Shown here piece by piece: positions 1-8,869 of a DNA stretch of 50,767 nt. The stretch spans positions 1 to 50,767 of the forward strand of contig DAHVUT010000026.1 of the NCBI GenBank assembly GCA_027328425.1. Reading direction: 5' to 3'. The notes beneath the pieces were generated by a model, which saw only the letters and a program-made list of their open reading frames with translations, searched no databases and was not told the origin of the DNA. Both the position numbers and the translations under genes were made by a program. The stretch is from Candidatus Micrarchaeota archaeon (GTDB lineage Archaea; Micrarchaeota; Micrarchaeia; Micrarchaeales; CABMGC01). The first letter of the stretch is position 1; each line of letters starts with the position of its first letter.

Positions 1-243
1 AAGAGCGCCCCGGCCCTGGTGCCCAGGACGTGGTACGGGATGCCTGCATACTCGAAGGACGGCAGCGTGCTGTGCTGGTACCAGGGTGCGTACAAGTTCA
101 AGACAAGATACGGGTTTGTAGGCTTCAGCGACAAAGCAAAACTCGATGAAGGAAACATGTGGCCCATCTCCTTTGCGCTGAAGAAACTGACGGGCGCCGA
201 AGAGGCGAAGATTGCGGCGCTTGTCAGGAAAGCATTGAACTGA
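1..243 (+). CDS. DUF1801/YdhG-like protein, 5' truncated by window edge
   Basis: Frame 1 is open from base 1; [30 protein letters not shown] resembles the DUF1801 family. Confidence 0.75.
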   Translation, partial: KSAPALVPRTWYGMPAYSKDGSVLCWYQGAYKFKTRYGFVGFSDKAKLDEGNMWPISFALKKLTGAEEAKIAALVRKALN

Positions 244-319
244 GGCCCGCTTCCCCGCCCAGCGCAAACGCCCCGAAAATGCAAGTGTTGCATTTTAAAA
301 CATAGCGCCCAATAGGAAT

Positions 320-880
320 ATGCAACGGGGAAAACGGCAGCTGGAGATGGATTCTGCCTTTGACGAGCACAGGAACATCAGCCTCAAGCTTGCCGATTAC
401 GACGAGATCTTCTCGGTCTTCGACCCTAGGCCACATTCGGAGAGGGCGCTGTCCGTGGACTTTCTCGACGAGGCCAAGCGCGCAAGCATAGACAAACCCA
501 CCGGCCGGATAGAGGTGAGGCTTCTTGTGCCGAAGAGGCTCAGGGACCTGGAGGAAGAGCGGACGATAAAAAGGAGACTGAGGAACCACTTCGAGAAGCA
601 TTCCGGTGTGCTCAAGAAGAAGCGCCGGGCCACGATGCGCAGTGGATCGGCTTTCTTCATATCAGGTGTGCTGATAATGCTGCTCACCGCGTTCATACTC
701 TATGTGTATAAAGGCAACGACATAGCGGCAAACTTTCTGTTGATACTCTTCGAGCCGGCGGGCTGGTTCCTGTTCTGGGAGGGCCTGGACATGCTGCTCT
801 TCGAGGCAAAGAAGACGGACCCCGAGCTGGAGTTCAACAAGAAGCTTGCCAACGCGCACATAAACTTCCAGTCGTACTGA
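320..880 (+). CDS. hypothetical membrane protein (2 C-terminal TM helices)
   Basis: 186-aa ORF; soluble N-terminus then two hydrophobic segments and GWFLFWEG; TTTTAAAA TATA-like box upstream. Confidence 0.7.
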   Translation: MQRGKRQLEMDSAFDEHRNISLKLADYDEIFSVFDPRPHSERALSVDFLDEAKRASIDKPTGRIEVRLLVPKRLRDLEEERTIKRRLRNHFEKHSGVLKKKRRATMRSGSAFFISGVLIMLLTAFILYVYKGNDIAANFLLILFEPAGWFLFWEGLDMLLFEAKKTDPELEFNKKLANAHINFQSY

Positions 881-895
881 AACGCAGACATGCTG

Positions 896-1294
896 CTAGA
901 TGCTGAGCAGCTGCCTGAGCTCCTTTATCTCCTTCTTCCTTATTTCGTTCCTCCCAGGGTAGGCGAAATGCAACAGCCTGCTGCTGTACCTGGGCAGCAC
1001 GTGTATGTGGAAGTGGTGCACGCTGCTCACGCCTCCTATGTTGACCCCTATGTCCATCCCGAAGCATTTCAGCTTCCTCATCTCCAGCCGCCCGAACTTC
1101 CTCGCGACCCTGAACATGTGCGAGATGGTGGCGTCGGGGGCCGAGAGCATGTCCTTGTAATGCCTCTTCGAGACAACTAGCAAATGCCCCCTCTCCACAG
1201 GGAGCTTGTTTATCAGGACGCCGCACACCCTGTCTGCGTAGATCATCCTAGAAACTTCTCCCTGCGGCATCGTGCAGAATACGCACTTTCGCAT
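896..1294 (-). CDS. HIT family nucleotide hydrolase
   Basis: CVFC zinc motif, GHLLVVSKRH, histidine triad HFHIHVLPR; start set at ATG 1294. Confidence 0.9.
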   Translation of the reverse strand: MRKCVFCTMPQGEVSRMIYADRVCGVLINKLPVERGHLLVVSKRHYKDMLSAPDATISHMFRVARKFGRLEMRKLKCFGMDIGVNIGGVSSVHHFHIHVLPRYSSRLLHFAYPGRNEIRKKEIKELRQLLSI

Positions 1295-1367
1295 AGCCGA
1301 CCCGTTTGGACTAGGCACACGCTGCTTATTAACACATAAGGACGGCCACAGCAACATACTGCGGCTT

Positions 1368-1445
1368 TGTTTAATAAGTCAAAATCTGTTTAAAAAGTCA
1401 TATTTTTGATAACCGAAAGTGTTTAAAAATCAGGATTTTTAAACA
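1368..1445. repeat. array of TGTTTAAnAAGTC-like boxes ending in a perfect 12-bp inverted repeat
   Basis: TGTTTAATAAGTC 1368-1380, TGTTTAAAAAGTC 1387-1399, TGTTTAAAAATC-ag-GATTTTTAAACA 1420-1445. Confidence 0.75.
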
Positions 1446-2038
1446 AAGCCCCTTGGCCTTAAGGGCTTAATTATCTGGTCAGGCGACACCATTCCCTGCG
1501 ATAGTTCCTTAGCCTTGAGGGTAGCCAATATATTCTCGACTATCTCCCTTGCCGCATCCATATTGTGTTCCGTCTTCTTAAGCATCGGTACAGGCTGCAT
1601 CACCTGCATTGGCAGGGGCACCGGTGGCATCAAGACTGCGGGAATCATTTCTATGTCAATATCGAAATATACCTTCCGATCAAAATCAAGACCATACTGC
1701 TTTTCTATATAATCAATGCTCCTGATACCCATGTACTTCAGCAGTTCGTCCTCCTCTTCAACAAGCCTCTCGAATTCTTTGATAAGGCTTGCGTAAACTC
1801 TGCTGCGCCTTTCGGCCTTTTCCTTGTTTCCCTTCGTGCTTTCGTTTTCAGCCTTCAGCGGCACGGACAAACCGCGCCTGTAGACCTTCTCGATGGGATC
1901 CTTCATGCTGCCAATGGCATGCACCACACGGTCACTGCAGCGCCTTCCCATAACCTTGTCCATCTCTTTCTCAAGCCCAAGTATGTTCATTACGTCAGAT
2001 GCCTTGCTCTTATCTGCTTCCTTCGTCGAGATTGCCAT
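1439..2038 (-). CDS. hypothetical protein (charged, helical, Pro/Met-rich linker)
   Basis: ORF open to 2098; ATG 2038 (or 2053) lies downstream of a TATA-like AT-rich stretch; no motif recognised. Confidence 0.65.
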   Translation of the reverse strand: MAISTKEADKSKASDVMNILGLEKEMDKVMGRRCSDRVVHAIGSMKDPIEKVYRRGLSVPLKAENESTKGNKEKAERRSRVYASLIKEFERLVEEEDELLKYMGIRSIDYIEKQYGLDFDRKVYFDIDIEMIPAVLMPPVPLPMQVMQPVPMLKKTEHNMDAAREIVENILATLKAKELSQGMVSPDQIIKPLRPRGFV

Positions 2039-2197
2039 GATCCATAGGCTCATCGGTAGTATAAATACTTTATTGCGTAATTTGCCAATCGCCAGCACTT
2101 TAAAAAACTATCTGCCATCGGGGCTTTGTCTGACACGTTTAATTGTAACACTCATTAACAGTTGTTGGTTTAAAGCTGAGATATTCAGAAAGTAAAA

Positions 2198-2244
2198 TGT
2201 TTAATAAGTCGGTAGACTGTTTAAGAAGTGTCACTATTTAAACA
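2198..2244. repeat. second array of TGTTTAA boxes ending in an imperfect inverted repeat
   Basis: TGTTTAATAAGTC 2198-2210 is identical to 1368-1380; TGTTTAAGAAGTG-t-CACTATTTAAACA 2218-2244. Confidence 0.75.
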
Positions 2245-2308
2245 AAGTCGCATCCCGTTTGGCGCGGAAAAATTAATATGCGCAGACGCGTACTTCGGGG
2301 TTGGCCGG

Positions 2309-2773
2309 CTACTTCCCGCCACCACCCAGGATCTCCTTCTGAACCCTCCTAAGCGAGGCGTCGCTCGCCCTAGGGCCTAGCAGCGTGGTGATATAGCCCT
2401 TGTACCTGGACATGTACACCCTTTCGTGCTCATACGTTATCGTCTCCTTCCCACTTACACCAGCCGTAGGATAGAGCTTGGCATGAAGATGGGCCACACC
2501 GGTGCCCTCAAACACCAGGTTGACCCTCTGCACATCCAGTCGTCTTCTGATAATGTTCGACACCTTCTTCGCGGCCACAATGAAATTCATGAGTTCCTTG
2601 TCACCAAGCTCTGAGAATATGCTGCCGGCGTGCCTTTTCGGTATCAGCACTGCCTGCCCCCTTGTATTGGGAAATATGTCAAGGAAAGCAAGGTAGTCCC
2701 TGCCCTCGTATATCTTGTACGCCTGGATTTCGCCCCTGGCGATGCCGCAGAAGATGCAGCCTTTCCGTTGCAT
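2309..2773 (-). CDS. HIT family protein (HxHxK variant)
   Basis: CIFC, AFLDIFP, LIPKRH, GVAHLHAKLYP. Confidence 0.9.
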   Translation of the reverse strand: MQRKGCIFCGIARGEIQAYKIYEGRDYLAFLDIFPNTRGQAVLIPKRHAGSIFSELGDKELMNFIVAAKKVSNIIRRRLDVQRVNLVFEGTGVAHLHAKLYPTAGVSGKETITYEHERVYMSRYKGYITTLLGPRASDASLRRVQKEILGGGGK

Positions 2774-2904
2774 AACGCGTACTTGCGCACATGCGCTTTT
2801 AATGGTTGCGCATGCGGCCGTGCAGCCGTTTCAGGAGTGCGGGGCTGCATAAGGTATATAAAGGTTCCATGGGCATAGCCTAATTTATAACAGGGTTATA
2901 GCGT

Positions 2905-3276
2905 ATGTCCAGCAAGTACGAAGTTACGGCGGAAGGATATGTGCCTGCGGCGCGCTCCATAATAGCGCATACGCTGATAGAGAAGTACCACAAAAGCGAG
3001 GTTGAGGTTGCCAAACACATGGGCGTTGCGCAAGCGGCCGTAAGCAAGTACATGACGGGCAAGTACTCTGAGAGGCTGAAGCGCAAGATGGAGGAGCTCA
3101 ACGCAAAGATAGGCGAGAACAGGCAGCTGTTCGATTTCTACATAAAGAACGTCGCCAGCGGCGATGACGAGCACGCGAACGCGTGCGTCTGCGCGCTCTG
3201 CGGCATGGCCAACGGTTTCTCGTGCTCGTTCTCCAGAGCGCTGGCTGCAAAAGCGGCGCAGGCAGGCGCCAAATAA
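2905..3276 (+). CDS. HTH transcriptional regulator (COG2522-like) with Cys-rich C-terminus
   Basis: SEVEVAKHMGVAQAAVSKY helix-turn-helix; CVCALC..C tail; first gene of the suf operon. Confidence 0.8.
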   Translation: MSSKYEVTAEGYVPAARSIIAHTLIEKYHKSEVEVAKHMGVAQAAVSKYMTGKYSERLKRKMEELNAKIGENRQLFDFYIKNVASGDDEHANACVCALCGMANGFSCSFSRALAAKAAQAGAK

Positions 3277-3283
3277 TGATTGC

Positions 3284-4690
3284 ATGACGGGTTCGGAGAG
3301 CCTCATGACAGAGGCAGACTATAAGGAACGTTACGGATTCGTTACCGATGCGGAGTACGTTGAGTTCGACAAGGGCCTTTCCGAGGAAACGGTGAGGAAG
3401 ATATCGAAGCTGAAGGGTGAGCCCGAGTGGGTGCTGGAGAAGAGGCTGCTCGGCTACAGTGTATTTGAGAGCAAGCCAACGCCGAAGTGGGGCGCCGACC
3501 TGGGCGACATAGACTACAACGACATATACTACTACAACAACCCAAAAACAAAGGAGGGCACGAAGTGGGAGGATGTGCCGGAAGAGATAAAACAAACATT
3601 TGATAAGCTGGGGGTACCCGAAGCGGAGAGGAAGTTCTTTGCCGGGGCCGAGGCTCAGTTCGATTCAGGCGTTGTCTACTCACACATCAACGAGGAGCTG
3701 GAGAAGCTTGGCGTGATATTCACTGACACGGACACGGCCGTGAAGAAGCACCCTGAGCTCGTGAAGAAGTACTTCGGCACGGTCATACCGCCTACGGATA
3801 ACAAGTTCGCAGCGCTCAACTCGGCCGTATGGAGCGGCGGCAGCTTCATCTATGTGCCAAAGGGGGTCAAGGTTCCGATGCCGCTCAACGCATACTTCAG
3901 GATAAATGCAGAGCGTTCGGGTCAGTTCGAAAGGACACTTATCATCGCAGACGAGGGGGCGGAGGTGGTCTATTTGGAGGGTTGCACGGCCGCGATGTAC
4001 TCCGCCAACTCTCTGCATGCCGCTGTTGTGGAGATAGTAGTGCACAAGAATGCAAAGGTGCAGTACGTCACTATACAGAACTGGGCAAAGAACATCTACA
4101 ATCTTGTTACGCAGCGCGCATACGTCTATGAGAATGCGCACATGTCTTGGATCGATGCAAACATAGGCAGCAAGACAAACATGAAGTACCCCTCCATATA
4201 CCTGAGGGGGAGGAACTCGCAGGGCGAGATACTCTCGATAGCGCTGGCTTCCGACGGGCAGGTGCAGGATTCCGGGGGCAAGGTCTACCATATCGCACCG
4301 AACACCGCCTCGAAGATAGTATCGAAGAGCATATCCAAGGGAAGCGGGCTGACTACATTCAGAGGCCTGGTGCACATAGGCAAGGAAGCTGAGAACGCCA
4401 AGGTGAACACAACATGCAACGCGCTGCTGCTCGATGGCGACGCTAAAACAAACACTTACCCGTATGCAGACATACAGCGCAACGACGCGCTGCTGAGCCA
4501 CGAGGCTAAGGTAGGCAAGATAAGCGAGGACGACGTGTTTTACCTCATGTCCAGGGGCATACCGGAGGGCGACGCCATAGCGATGATAATATTGGGCTTC
4601 CTCAACGACCTGACCAAGGTGCTGCCGATGGAGTATTCGCTGGAGTTGAAGAGACTGATAAAACTCGACATGGCAGGTTCGGTGGGCTGA
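3284..4690 (+). CDS. sufB: Fe-S cluster assembly protein SufB
   Basis: AALNSAVWSGGSFIYVP, GQFERTLI, YLEGCTA, LHAAVVE, FYLMSRG; start ATG 3284 (alternative 3305). Confidence 0.97.
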   Translation: MTGSESLMTEADYKERYGFVTDAEYVEFDKGLSEETVRKISKLKGEPEWVLEKRLLGYSVFESKPTPKWGADLGDIDYNDIYYYNNPKTKEGTKWEDVPEEIKQTFDKLGVPEAERKFFAGAEAQFDSGVVYSHINEELEKLGVIFTDTDTAVKKHPELVKKYFGTVIPPTDNKFAALNSAVWSGGSFIYVPKGVKVPMPLNAYFRINAERSGQFERTLIIADEGAEVVYLEGCTAAMYSANSLHAAVVEIVVHKNAKVQYVTIQNWAKNIYNLVTQRAYVYENAHMSWIDANIGSKTNMKYPSIYLRGRNSQGEILSIALASDGQVQDSGGKVYHIAPNTASKIVSKSISKGSGLTTFRGLVHIGKEAENAKVNTTCNALLLDGDAKTNTYPYADIQRNDALLSHEAKVGKISEDDVFYLMSRGIPEGDAIAMIILGFLNDLTKVLPMEYSLELKRLIKLDMAGSVG

Positions 4691-4700
4691 GGGCGATCGC

Positions 4701-5924
4701 TTGAACGATAACGAGATGCTAGTGGAGCGGGCTGTTGCAGGATTCGCAAGACTGCCTTTCGACAAGGGCGAGCTCTACAAGAGGTACAGCACCGAAATTA
4801 AATTCTCCGGCGCAGCCAACCGCGAGACAGACAGCGTGGAGGAGATCATGAAAAGCATCATGAGCTCGGCAGGAATGAAATTCGACCTCCACAGCACAGA
4901 CGGGGGGATAAGCACGGGCAGCAGCATCGTAAGCACATCGGAGATTGCGGCTGCGGGCGCAACGCCGGCAGGGGGCGCTTCATTCGAGGATAGCCTCTAC
5001 GGCTACATGAGGAGCGTCGGCTACAGCATAGTAGAGATCGACGTGCCTGAAGGCGCGGCTGCGAAGCTGAACTTCCTCCTGCTCAACGAGAACACAAAAG
5101 CGCAGCCTGTAATAGTGGCAAACGTAGGGAAAAACGCAAGCCTGGGGCTCTTCGAGTGGATAGGCTCCACCGATGGTGCGACGGCCACGCGGACAGCTAT
5201 CAATGTAATCAACTCGGGCCCCGGCTCCAGCGCCGAGATAAGCACACTCCACAACGAGTCGGATTTGTGCGACGTTGGCGTGCTCAACAGCATAACGGCC
5301 CATGAGAACGCATCCGTCCGGCTCAACTGCGTCTACAACGGCGGCAAGAGCACAAAGTCGAGCACGATGGCGAACGCCGAGGGGCGGGAAAGCAGGATAG
5401 CGGTGAACGAGATAGTTCTAGGCAACGGTTCGCAGTCCTTCGACCTCGGCACATATACGCTCAACGCAGGAACAAGGACCGACACTACACTGATGAGCGG
5501 CGCGGTGCTCAAAGACAAAGCGCTCTGCACACTCAAAGGATACGCTAAAGTGGCGAGCGGAGCGGACGGCTCCCACACATACGTGGAGGAAAAAGGATTG
5601 GTCATGGACAGCGGAGCACGGATGAGGCCGCTGCCCGACATGAGCATAGACTGCAAAAACGTGGCGTTCGCGTCGCACAGTGCGTCCGCGGCCCCTATAG
5701 ACGCGGAGAAGCTCTTCTACCTGATGAGCAGGGGCATCGAAGAGGCGCGGGCGAAGCGATCGTTCGTGGCAAGCTTCCTGTCCAAGTACCTCGCAAGCAT
5801 AGCCAACGACACTGTCAAAGAGATAGCTATATCTGCGCTCCTTGACAAGCTTGATAATGGCAGGCACGCAGTCGTGCCGCAGATAAGCCCGCAGAACCTG
5901 TGGATAGTGCCAGGTGCGAAGTGA
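4701..5924 (+). CDS. sufD: Fe-S cluster assembly protein SufD (divergent)
   Basis: C-terminal ASHSAS..LFYLMSRGI SufBD motif; lies between sufB and sufC; TTG start. Confidence 0.85.
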   Translation: MNDNEMLVERAVAGFARLPFDKGELYKRYSTEIKFSGAANRETDSVEEIMKSIMSSAGMKFDLHSTDGGISTGSSIVSTSEIAAAGATPAGGASFEDSLYGYMRSVGYSIVEIDVPEGAAAKLNFLLLNENTKAQPVIVANVGKNASLGLFEWIGSTDGATATRTAINVINSGPGSSAEISTLHNESDLCDVGVLNSITAHENASVRLNCVYNGGKSTKSSTMANAEGRESRIAVNEIVLGNGSQSFDLGTYTLNAGTRTDTTLMSGAVLKDKALCTLKGYAKVASGADGSHTYVEEKGLVMDSGARMRPLPDMSIDCKNVAFASHSASAAPIDAEKLFYLMSRGIEEARAKRSFVASFLSKYLASIANDTVKEIAISALLDKLDNGRHAVVPQISPQNLWIVPGAK

Positions 5925-5928
5925 TGCT

Positions 5929-6651
5929 ATGAAAATTGAGATAAAGGACCTGCATGTGGAAGTCGAAGGCAACGAGGTGGTAAAGGGGATAAGCATCGCC
6001 ATAGAGGAGGGCGAGTTCCACGTGCTGATGGGACCGAACGGTTCGGGGAAGACTACGCTGTCGAGGACGATACTCGGGCATCCCGGGGCCAAGGTCACGG
6101 GGGGCGACATACTGGCCGACGGGAAGAGCATACTGAAGCTCGGCGCTGACAAACGGGCGAAGCTCGGCCTCTTCCTCACTTTCCAGAACCCGGTCGAGAT
6201 AGAGGGACTCGGCCTGATGAACTTCCTCAATACGGCCAACGCTTCACTGAAGGAAAAGGGCTCGTTCAGGGAGTTCATGACTGACGTGAAGGACACAGCG
6301 AGAGAGCTTGACCTGAAAGACGACCTCATGGGGAGGTCCCTCAACTATGGATTCTCGGGTGGGGAGAAGAAGAAGGTGGAGGTGCTGCAGCTCAGGCTCC
6401 TCAAGCCCAGGATAGCTATACTCGACGAACCCGACTCTGGGCTGGACGTAGATGCGGTGAGGATAGTTGCAGAAAACATAAACAAATTCAGGCAGGAGAC
6501 TGGCGCTGGCATCTTGCTGATAACGCACTACAGCAGGATATTGAACTACATGAAGCCCGAGTACGTACACGTCATGGTCAACGGGAAGATAGTCGAGGAA
6601 GGCGGCAAGGACCTTGTGGAGAAGATAGAGAAGGAGGGCTACAAGTACTAG
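5929..6651 (+). CDS. sufC: Fe-S cluster assembly ATPase SufC
   Basis: MGPNGSGKT, FSGGEKKK, LDEPDSGLDVDA, ITHY. Confidence 0.97.
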   Translation: MKIEIKDLHVEVEGNEVVKGISIAIEEGEFHVLMGPNGSGKTTLSRTILGHPGAKVTGGDILADGKSILKLGADKRAKLGLFLTFQNPVEIEGLGLMNFLNTANASLKEKGSFREFMTDVKDTARELDLKDDLMGRSLNYGFSGGEKKKVEVLQLRLLKPRIAILDEPDSGLDVDAVRIVAENINKFRQETGAGILLITHYSRILNYMKPEYVHVMVNGKIVEEGGKDLVEKIEKEGYKY

Positions 6652-6660
6652 GCGAAAGGC

Positions 6661-7902
6661 ATGGAGTTTGACGTGGAGAAGGTAAGGAAGGATTTCCCAA
6701 TACTCGCTACGCAGATGAACGGTAAGCGTCTCATTTATCTCGACAGCGCCGCAACCTCGCAGAAGCCCAGGCAGGTTATAAACGCGGTGGCGAGGCACTA
6801 CAGGAAGCGCAACGCCAACATACACCGCGGGATATACAAGCTGTCCGAAGAAGCGACTGAGGAGTACACCAAATCAAAGGATGCGGTGGCCAGGTTCATA
6901 CACGCGAAGGGCTACAGGAACATAGTCTATTTCAGGAGCACCACCGAGGCCATAAATGCGGTGGCTAGGGCGTGGGGCGACGCCAATGTGGGCAGCGGGG
7001 ACCACGTGCTCATAACCGAGATGGAGCACCACAGCAACATCGTGCCCTGGCAGATGCTGGCAAAAAGGAAGGGGGCCCACCTCGACTATGTCAAGCTGAA
7101 GGACAGGAGCGAGCTTGACATGGAGGATTACAAGAGCAAGCTGGCGCTCAAGCCGAAGATGGTGGCTGTAACTCACGTGTCAAACGTCCTGGGAACTATA
7201 AACGGCGTGAATGAGATAACAAGGATGGCGCACGAAACAGGAGCAAGCGTGCTCATTGACGGCGCCCAGTCGGTGCCTCACATGCCCGTGGGCGTTTCGG
7301 GCATGGATGCTGACTTCGTTGCGTTCTCTGGTCATAAGATGCTGGGGCCCAGCGGCATAGGGGTGCTGTACGGGAAGGAGGATGTTTTAGAAACGATGGA
7401 GCCCTTCCACGGTGGCGGCGACATGATAAGGAGCGTCGACTTCCAGGAATCCACGTGGAATGAGCTGCCGTGGAAATTCGAGGCGGGCACGCAGAACATG
7501 GAGGGCGCTGCCGGCCTCGCCGCTGCCGTCAAGTACCTGAAGAAGCTCGGAATGGAGAACGTGAGGGCGCACGAGAAAGCGCTGACGCTCTACGCGCTTG
7601 ATAAGCTGAAAGATGCCGGTGTTACAGTGTACGGCCCCGGCAATGAGGAGATAGACAGGCGGGGTAGCGTGATTTCATTCTCGATGAAGGGTGCGCACGC
7701 ACACGACATAGCGCAGGTTCTTGATAGCGAAGGTATCGCTGTGAGGTCAGGGCACCACTGCGCGATGCCGCTTGTAACTAAAGTGCTGAACGAGCCTGCT
7801 GTACCGAGGATGAGTTTCTACATATATAACACGCAGGTGGAAATCGATGCGGCCGTTGCCGCGCTTGGAAAGGTCAGGGAGGTACTGAAGAGAGGCGCGT
7901 GA
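6661..7902 (+). CDS. sufS: cysteine desulfurase, SufS type
   Basis: YLDSAATSQKP, EHHSN, SGHKMLGP (PLP lysine), RSGHHCA. Confidence 0.97.
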   Translation: MEFDVEKVRKDFPILATQMNGKRLIYLDSAATSQKPRQVINAVARHYRKRNANIHRGIYKLSEEATEEYTKSKDAVARFIHAKGYRNIVYFRSTTEAINAVARAWGDANVGSGDHVLITEMEHHSNIVPWQMLAKRKGAHLDYVKLKDRSELDMEDYKSKLALKPKMVAVTHVSNVLGTINGVNEITRMAHETGASVLIDGAQSVPHMPVGVSGMDADFVAFSGHKMLGPSGIGVLYGKEDVLETMEPFHGGGDMIRSVDFQESTWNELPWKFEAGTQNMEGAAGLAAAVKYLKKLGMENVRAHEKALTLYALDKLKDAGVTVYGPGNEEIDRRGSVISFSMKGAHAHDIAQVLDSEGIAVRSGHHCAMPLVTKVLNEPAVPRMSFYIYNTQVEIDAAVAALGKVREVLKRGA

Positions 7903-7945
7903 TTGGTTTCTTGAAGTGCTTGGATCCAAAACCAAGGTTACAGCC

Positions 7946-8794
7946 TCACAGCAGCCTAGTAAGGATCACAGCAAAGAAGACAAATGCAAGATACGGAGAG
8001 GAAAACTTGAAGAGTGGCCAGGCAACGGACTGGTTTGCGGCAACCCTGTAGCTAAGATAGAGTATCAGCAGAAGAGGTATTAGGATCATGGCGAGGTAAT
8101 ATGCGCCCAGAAAAAGTGCCAAAGAGAGCGAAACAAGCGACATAAGGATGTTGAAAAACACTATCGCCATCGTGCCTTTTCGCGGTGTCTCGACGGCGCT
8201 AAACATGGGCACGCCCGCCCTCCTGTATTCTTTCCTGAATCTCAATGCAAGCGACCATATGTGGCCCGGTATCCAGAGAAGCACGAGCATGCCTAGGATA
8301 ATCCCGGGAATCGTGATTGTGCCGGCAGCGGCTGCCACTCCGGCCCAGACGCAAAAGCTGCCTGCAAATCCGCCTATCAGGACTGCAAACCTGCTCCTTC
8401 TCTTGAACACTGCGGTGTACACCAGCACATAGAAGACAACACCAAGCGCAATCATGAGCGATGTGAGCCAGTTTGCCAGGCCTCCCGCCACGATGCCTAA
8501 CGACACGAGAGTCACGCCCCACGCGGTGCCGGTAAGCGGGCTTACAGCACCACTTACGCTCGCCCTGCTCGCTGTCCTTCTCATTTTCCCATCTATGTCT
8601 ACCTCAAGCATCTTGTTCAGGAGCTCGGCGCCCATGCTGCTCGCGAGGACAGCCACCAAAACCGAAACAAGGGGAAGCAGAACGAACCCGTTCCAGCTGC
8701 TGCGCGCTATTCCAAATCCCGCCAAAGCAGAGAGAACAAGGAGCGCGACTATCCTTGGCTGCGCAAGGCTGAGATAATCATACAATCTTGCCAT
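7946..8794 (-). CDS. ctaB: protoheme IX farnesyltransferase (heme O synthase, UbiA family)
   Basis: NKMLEVDIDGKMRRTASR, YTAVFKRR, IGG, WIPGHIWSLA..EYRRAGVPM. Confidence 0.88.
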   Translation of the reverse strand: MARLYDYLSLAQPRIVALLVLSALAGFGIARSSWNGFVLLPLVSVLVAVLASSMGAELLNKMLEVDIDGKMRRTASRASVSGAVSPLTGTAWGVTLVSLGIVAGGLANWLTSLMIALGVVFYVLVYTAVFKRRSRFAVLIGGFAGSFCVWAGVAAAAGTITIPGIILGMLVLLWIPGHIWSLALRFRKEYRRAGVPMFSAVETPRKGTMAIVFFNILMSLVSLSLALFLGAYYLAMILIPLLLILYLSYRVAANQSVAWPLFKFSSPYLAFVFFAVILTRLL

Positions 8795-8869
8795 CTAGAA
8801 TGACCTTATGGGTTGTCTAATGGAAAGGAACCTGTATAAACTTTCACAATACTAGGAAACCGCCGCTCT

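Noticed and set aside
1368-2244. CRISPR array or integron attC interpretation of the TGTTTAA repeats
   Set aside because: Units are 12-13 bp with 5-20 bp gaps and no spacer periodicity; no RYYYAAC/GTTRRRY attC cores; no cas or integrase gene nearby
3164-3283. 40-aa N-terminal extension of SufB in the ORF track
   Set aside because: Overlaps the HTH gene and is low-complexity; a later ATG (3284/3305) fits better
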